Of a stretch of 23,588 nt of DNA, positions 20,146 to 23,588 are shown piece after piece (positions within the stretch are counted from its first letter, which is position 1; each line of letters starts with the position of its first letter). Under the pieces are notes generated by a model that made no database searches, was not told where the DNA came from, and saw only the letters and a program-made list of their open reading frames with translations. The stretch comes from an uncultured delta proteobacterium (lineage in GTDB: Bacteria > Myxococcota > Myxococcia > Myxococcales > Anaeromyxobacteraceae): assembly GCA_963814585.1 (NCBI GenBank), contig CAWFDF010000017.1, positions 1 through 23,588 on the forward strand. Reading direction: 5' to 3'. The position numbers and the translations under genes were made by a program.

Positions 20146-20229
20146 CTAGGACCGGTCGAGCGCTCGGACGAAGAGGACGGCGAGGAGGAAGAAGGCGAGG
20201 GTGGCAGCGGCGAGGGCGAGATCGGCCAT
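20146..20229 (-). CDS. Small single-TM peptide upstream of kdpF (27 aa)
   Basis: [34 protein letters not shown]; its TAG merges with the kdpF RBS. Confidence 0.7.
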   Translation of the reverse strand: MADLALAAATLAFFLLAVLFVRALDRS

Positions 20230-20237
20230 GGCGAGCC

Positions 20238-20560
20238 TCACTTGGGGGCGGGGGGTGTGGCTTCGCGCGATCTCCTGGCAGCGGGCGTCGCACTCCGGGA
20301 ACTTGAGGACGAACTGCACCTGCGCGAGGCAGCGCTCTCGAGCGCGTCGTTCCGGCGCCGCAGAGGCGCTGGAGCTCGCCGAAGGCCTGCTCGTAGACCG
20401 CTCGCCGCTGCGCCGGATCCAGCCCTCGATGGCGCGATGCTCGGCGTCGAGCTCCAGCTGAACGCGACCGCCAGGCTCAGGGCGATGAGCAGGGCCAGGG
20501 CCCAGCCGGCCCGGTCGCGGTACCGGCGAGGCTGCTCCCTTGGAGGTCGGGTCGAGGCAT
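20238..20560 (-). pseudogene. Cryptic ~105-aa membrane protein with four Cys, interrupted by 5-6 indels (pseudogene or sequencing errors)
   Basis: Protein-like segments chain across all three frames: EQPRRYRDRAGWALALLIALSLAVAFSWSST / EHRAIEG / LDPAQRRAVYEQAFGELQRLCGAG / NDALE / RCLAQVQFVLKFPECDARCQEIARSHTPRP. Confidence 0.6.
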
Positions 20561-20562
20561 CC

Positions 20563-20578
20563 AGCTCCGGTCGTGCCA
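20563..20578 (-). promoter_or_regulatory. Candidate sigma54 (-24/-12) promoter of the kdp operon
   Basis: Minus strand TGGCACGACCGGAGCT: consensus TGGCACG and exact GG-N10-GC spacing; the -12 element deviates from TTGC. Confidence 0.6.
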
Positions 20579-20627
20579 GCCCTTCTCCCGGGAAATCGGG
20601 CACTTCCGCCCCCGGGATCACGGGGGC

Positions 20628-20674
20628 GATTGCATCTTGCAGGGAGACGCCCGCTGGCGGATTGCAGGGCGCAA
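20628..20674. promoter_or_regulatory. Tandem candidate enhancer (UAS) sites for a sigma54 activator
   Basis: GATTGCATCTTGCAG and GATTGCAGGGCGCAA, both GATTGCA-N3-YGCA, 32 bp apart and ~80-120 bp upstream of the predicted sigma54 start site. Confidence 0.55.
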
Positions 20675-20823
20675 CGCTGGCGAGGCCACCCACGGGCCGG
20701 CGACCGAGGTGGCCTGGTGGTCGGGCGGCAGGCCGGCTCGACCGGGCCAGGGCAGGACGCCACGTGCTATGGCTGGTGGCACCGGTCCGCGCGGGTGCTC
20801 CGGGCCGGAGACGAGGTGTGGCC

Positions 20824-21741
20824 ATGTCGACCTGGGAAGCGGACGCGGACCTCCTCCACTCGTGCGGCGCGCGGCACGCGCTGATCCTCTCGCAGACCAG
20901 CGCGGCCCTCGGCCAGCTCGCCGAGGGGATCGCGCGCGCCCTGGCGCCGCGGCAGGTCCGCATCTCCTCGGCGGGCGCCACCCCGGGACGCCTCGACCCC
21001 CTCGCGCGACGCGTGCTCGCCGAGCTCTCGGTGAACGTCGCCGACCAGCACCCGAAGGGACTCGCCGAGGTGGACGCCTCCGACGTGCAGGCGATCCTGG
21101 TGGTCTCGGAGGAGGACCCGACCCCACCCGGGCTGCAAGGACTCCTGCGGGTCCACTGGCCGCTGGCCGACCCGGCCGCCGGAGGGGGCACGGAGGAGGA
21201 GAAGCTCGCCCGCTACCGCGCGGTCCGCAACGAGCTGCGCCGCCGGCTCATCCGGGTCTTCGCGCGGGAGCTGGTGGTGACCGCCGAGACCGGGGGCACG
21301 ACCACCTCCATCGGCCCGGCCTCGGGCGGCGACATCGACGGCATCCAGCGGCTGCTGGTGGGCTCGCTGCTGCCGTCGCGGGACGTCGGCGGGGCTCGCC
21401 AGCGCTTCATCGTGGCCAGCGAGAACGGCCGGCTCATCGGCTGCGCCGGGCTCCAGGTGGCCCGCCAGGACGGCCTGGTCCGCTCCATGGCGGTCCACTG
21501 GACGCGCCGCAACGCCGGCCTGGGGAGCAGGCTGCTCGAGCGGCTCCTCTTCGAGGCGGTGCTGGCCGGCGTCCGGACGCTCTACGTCGTCACCACCACG
21601 GCCGAGGACTTCTTCGCCGGCCATGGCTTCCGGAAGATCGCGGCGAGCGCGGTGCCGCCCGAGCTGCAGGCCTCGGAGGAGTTCACCGCCTTCGTGCCCG
21701 GGGGCAGCACGGTCATGTCGCGGCCGGTGTCGCCGGCCTGA
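20824..21741 (+). CDS. Fusion of a degenerate ArsC/LMW-PTP-fold domain and an ArsN2-like GNAT acetyltransferase (305 aa)
   Basis: GAGG RBS; QLAEGIARAL, SSAG, HWPLADPA, YRAVRNEL are ArsC/LMWP-like; IGCAGL, VRSMAV...RNAGLGSRL, LYVVTTTAEDFF...GF, SEEF are ArsN2/GNAT-like. Confidence 0.85.
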   Translation: MSTWEADADLLHSCGARHALILSQTSAALGQLAEGIARALAPRQVRISSAGATPGRLDPLARRVLAELSVNVADQHPKGLAEVDASDVQAILVVSEEDPTPPGLQGLLRVHWPLADPAAGGGTEEEKLARYRAVRNELRRRLIRVFARELVVTAETGGTTTSIGPASGGDIDGIQRLLVGSLLPSRDVGGARQRFIVASENGRLIGCAGLQVARQDGLVRSMAVHWTRRNAGLGSRLLERLLFEAVLAGVRTLYVVTTTAEDFFAGHGFRKIAASAVPPELQASEEFTAFVPGGSTVMSRPVSPA

Positions 21742-21825
21742 CCGCGGCGTCGAGGCCCGGCCGGCCGGTGGCCGCCGCCGGGCCGGATGACCTCGCCCTG
21801 CCCGGGCGTGGGTCCGGGCCGCGGG

Positions 21826-22497
21826 TCAGCGCCGCCTCGTCAGGACCACGTGCATGGCACGGTCCGTGGCGACGTGCTCGGTGCACGTGTAGCCGAGGCG
21901 CGCGGTGTCGATGCCGGCGAAGAGGTGCTCGCCCCGGCCGAGGACCACGGGGGAGACCGCCAGATGGAGCTCGTCGATCAGGCCCGCCGTGAGGTACTGC
22001 CGGATGGTGGCGGCGCCACCACCGAGCCGGACGTCCCGGCCCTTGGCCGCCTGCCTCGCGAGCTCCAGGGCAGCGTGGATGCCGTCGGTCACGAAGTGGA
22101 ACGTGGTTCCGCCCTCCATCGTGATGGGCGCCCGCGCATGGTGCGTGAGGACGAAGACGGGCACGTGGTAGGGCGGGTTGCTGCCCCACCATCCCTTCCA
22201 GCCGTCGTCGGCCCATGGACCCCGCACTGGACCGAACATGTTGCGGCCGAGGATCCAGGCGCCGACGTTCTCGAAGCCCCTCGCGGCGAAGGCGTCATCG
22301 GCGTCCTCCCGGCCGGCCTGGTCGCCGATCAGCGAGGCGGCGAAGTCGGCGTGCAGCTTCTGGAACGTCCTGGTCCCGAGCACCCACTGGTGCAGCGCCA
22401 TTCCTCCGACGCCCATCGGATTCTCCAGGCTCTGTTCGGGACCGGCGCAGAAGCCATCGACGGAGATCCCAAGTGCGTTCACCCGCAGCCTCGACAT
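21826..22497 (-). CDS. Dihydrofolate reductase / RibD C-terminal domain family protein (223 aa)
   Basis: ISVDGFCAGP, ILGRNMF, PPYHVPVFVLTHH, LGGGAATIRQYL.AGLIDELHL..PVVLG.GE.LF; AAAGGAG RBS before ATG 22497. Confidence 0.9.
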   Translation of the reverse strand: MSRLRVNALGISVDGFCAGPEQSLENPMGVGGMALHQWVLGTRTFQKLHADFAASLIGDQAGREDADDAFAARGFENVGAWILGRNMFGPVRGPWADDGWKGWWGSNPPYHVPVFVLTHHARAPITMEGGTTFHFVTDGIHAALELARQAAKGRDVRLGGGAATIRQYLTAGLIDELHLAVSPVVLGRGEHLFAGIDTARLGYTCTEHVATDRAMHVVLTRRR

Positions 22498-22611
22498 GAT
22501 CACCTCTCCTTTCGCCAGTGGAGTCGCCCGTGACCGCGGCGACGACCGGCTCCCCGCGCTTCGACGGTCGCGCATGGGCAGCGCAGGAGGGCCAGGACGA
22601 GGCCCCGCACC

Positions 22612-23478
22612 TCAGAGCCCCAGCGCCTTCGGGTCCTTGCCGGCGTCCGGGACGAACAGCGGGGCCCCGAACTTCTCGACGCCGAACCGGCCGATGGCCT
22701 CCTGCGTCTTCGGCGAGACCAGGTAGTCGGCGAACGCCCTGGCGCCCGCCGCGTTGACCTTCGGCCACTTCGACGGGGTCACCTCGATGACGTGGTAGAC
22801 GTTGAGGAGGAGCGGCTCCTTCTCCAGCACGATCTCCAGGGCGAGGCTCCGGGCCTTCGAGAGCGCCAGCCAGGTCGCGCGGTCGGTCAGGGTGTACCCG
22901 TCCTTCTCCGACGCCACGGCGAGGGTCTCGCCCATCCCGAGCCCCGTCTGCTGGTACCACCTCTGGCCGTCGGGCTTCACGCCAGCCGCCTTCCAGAGGT
23001 TCTTCTCCTTCGCGTGGGTCCCGGAGTTGTCTCCCCGCGACACGAAGAGCGCCCCGGCCTGGGCGATGGCGGCCATCGCCTCCTTCGACGATCCCGTGCC
23101 CTTCACCTTCGCCGGATCCTTCCTCGGGCCGACGATGACGAAGTCGTTGTGCATCACCAGGCGGCGATTCACGCCGAACCCCTCGTCGACGAGCTTCTGC
23201 TCGTCGGCGGGCGAGTGGACCAGGAGCACGTCCGCCTCGCCCCGCCGCCCCATCGCCATCGCCTGGCCGGACCCCACCGGAATCGTCTTGACGACGTAGC
23301 CGACCTCCTTCTGGAACGGCGGGAGCAGGGCGTCGAGGAGCCCCGAGTCCTGGGTGCTGGTGGTCGTCGCCAGGATGATGGTCCTGGAGGCGTCCTGCGC
23401 GTGAGCGGGGCCTGCGAGGAGGGCAAGGCCCGCCAGGGCCGTCGCAAGGAGGGCGGTGAAGCTTCGGCGCTGGCACAT
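22612..23478 (-). CDS. tupA: Tungstate ABC transporter substrate-binding protein (TupA family)
   Basis: Signal peptide then LATTTSTQDSGLL (TTTS motif), VGSGQA, MHNDFVIVGP, FVSRGDNSGTH, GMGETL, YTLTDRATW; GGAG RBS supports ATG 23478. Confidence 0.9.
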   Translation of the reverse strand: MCQRRSFTALLATALAGLALLAGPAHAQDASRTIILATTTSTQDSGLLDALLPPFQKEVGYVVKTIPVGSGQAMAMGRRGEADVLLVHSPADEQKLVDEGFGVNRRLVMHNDFVIVGPRKDPAKVKGTGSSKEAMAAIAQAGALFVSRGDNSGTHAKEKNLWKAAGVKPDGQRWYQQTGLGMGETLAVASEKDGYTLTDRATWLALSKARSLALEIVLEKEPLLLNVYHVIEVTPSKWPKVNAAGARAFADYLVSPKTQEAIGRFGVEKFGAPLFVPDAGKDPKALGL

Positions 23479-23588
23479 GGTTCTCGCTCCCGTCGGTGTC
23501 GTGGTGTTCCCGCAGACCAGCACGGAGGCCATCGGCCTTCAATCCCCGTTCAGGGTACCTGCCTCCTTGCCCCGGCCGACCCGTCCCG

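Noticed and set aside
20754..20792. Sigma54-like motifs upstream of the ArsC-GNAT gene
   Set aside because: Both candidates have GG-N9-GC spacing; they would need a missing base that I cannot demonstrate.
23479..23588. Moco/Wco riboswitch upstream of tupA
   Set aside because: Context fits and GGCCTCC is present, but I could not identify the other conserved elements and the region is truncated; an Rfam covariance search would decide.

Overview
Very GC-rich bacterial DNA; gene content and style suggest an Anaeromyxobacter-like Myxococcota genome (inference). Left to right: (1) an FNR-box-preceded ~18-heme CxxCH/CxxxxCH lipoprotein cytochrome with a 543-bp internal duplication, then a YfhO-like membrane glycosyltransferase; (2) a minus-strand operon pspA -> AAA+ ATPase -> 2TM coiled-coil protein -> membrane-anchored solute-binding/OmpA fusion -> cupin, resembling a bacterial ESCRT-III/Vps4-like envelope-remodelling module and the best candidate for a poorly described system; (3) a kdpFABC operon with no kdpE in the window, carrying a kinase-less KdpD, a KinB-like kinase and a convergent AlgB-like sigma54 activator, plus a candidate sigma54 promoter, tandem enhancer-like sites, a second small peptide and a cryptic frameshift-riddled 4-Cys membrane gene; (4) an ArsC-GNAT fusion lacking its catalytic cysteines, a DHFR/RibD-C family gene and tupA. 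Several genes carry single-base indels that look like sequencing errors and create false splits and fusions in the ORF track. No RNA genes, CRISPR arrays or mobile elements were seen. All family assignments are from motif recognition, not database searches.
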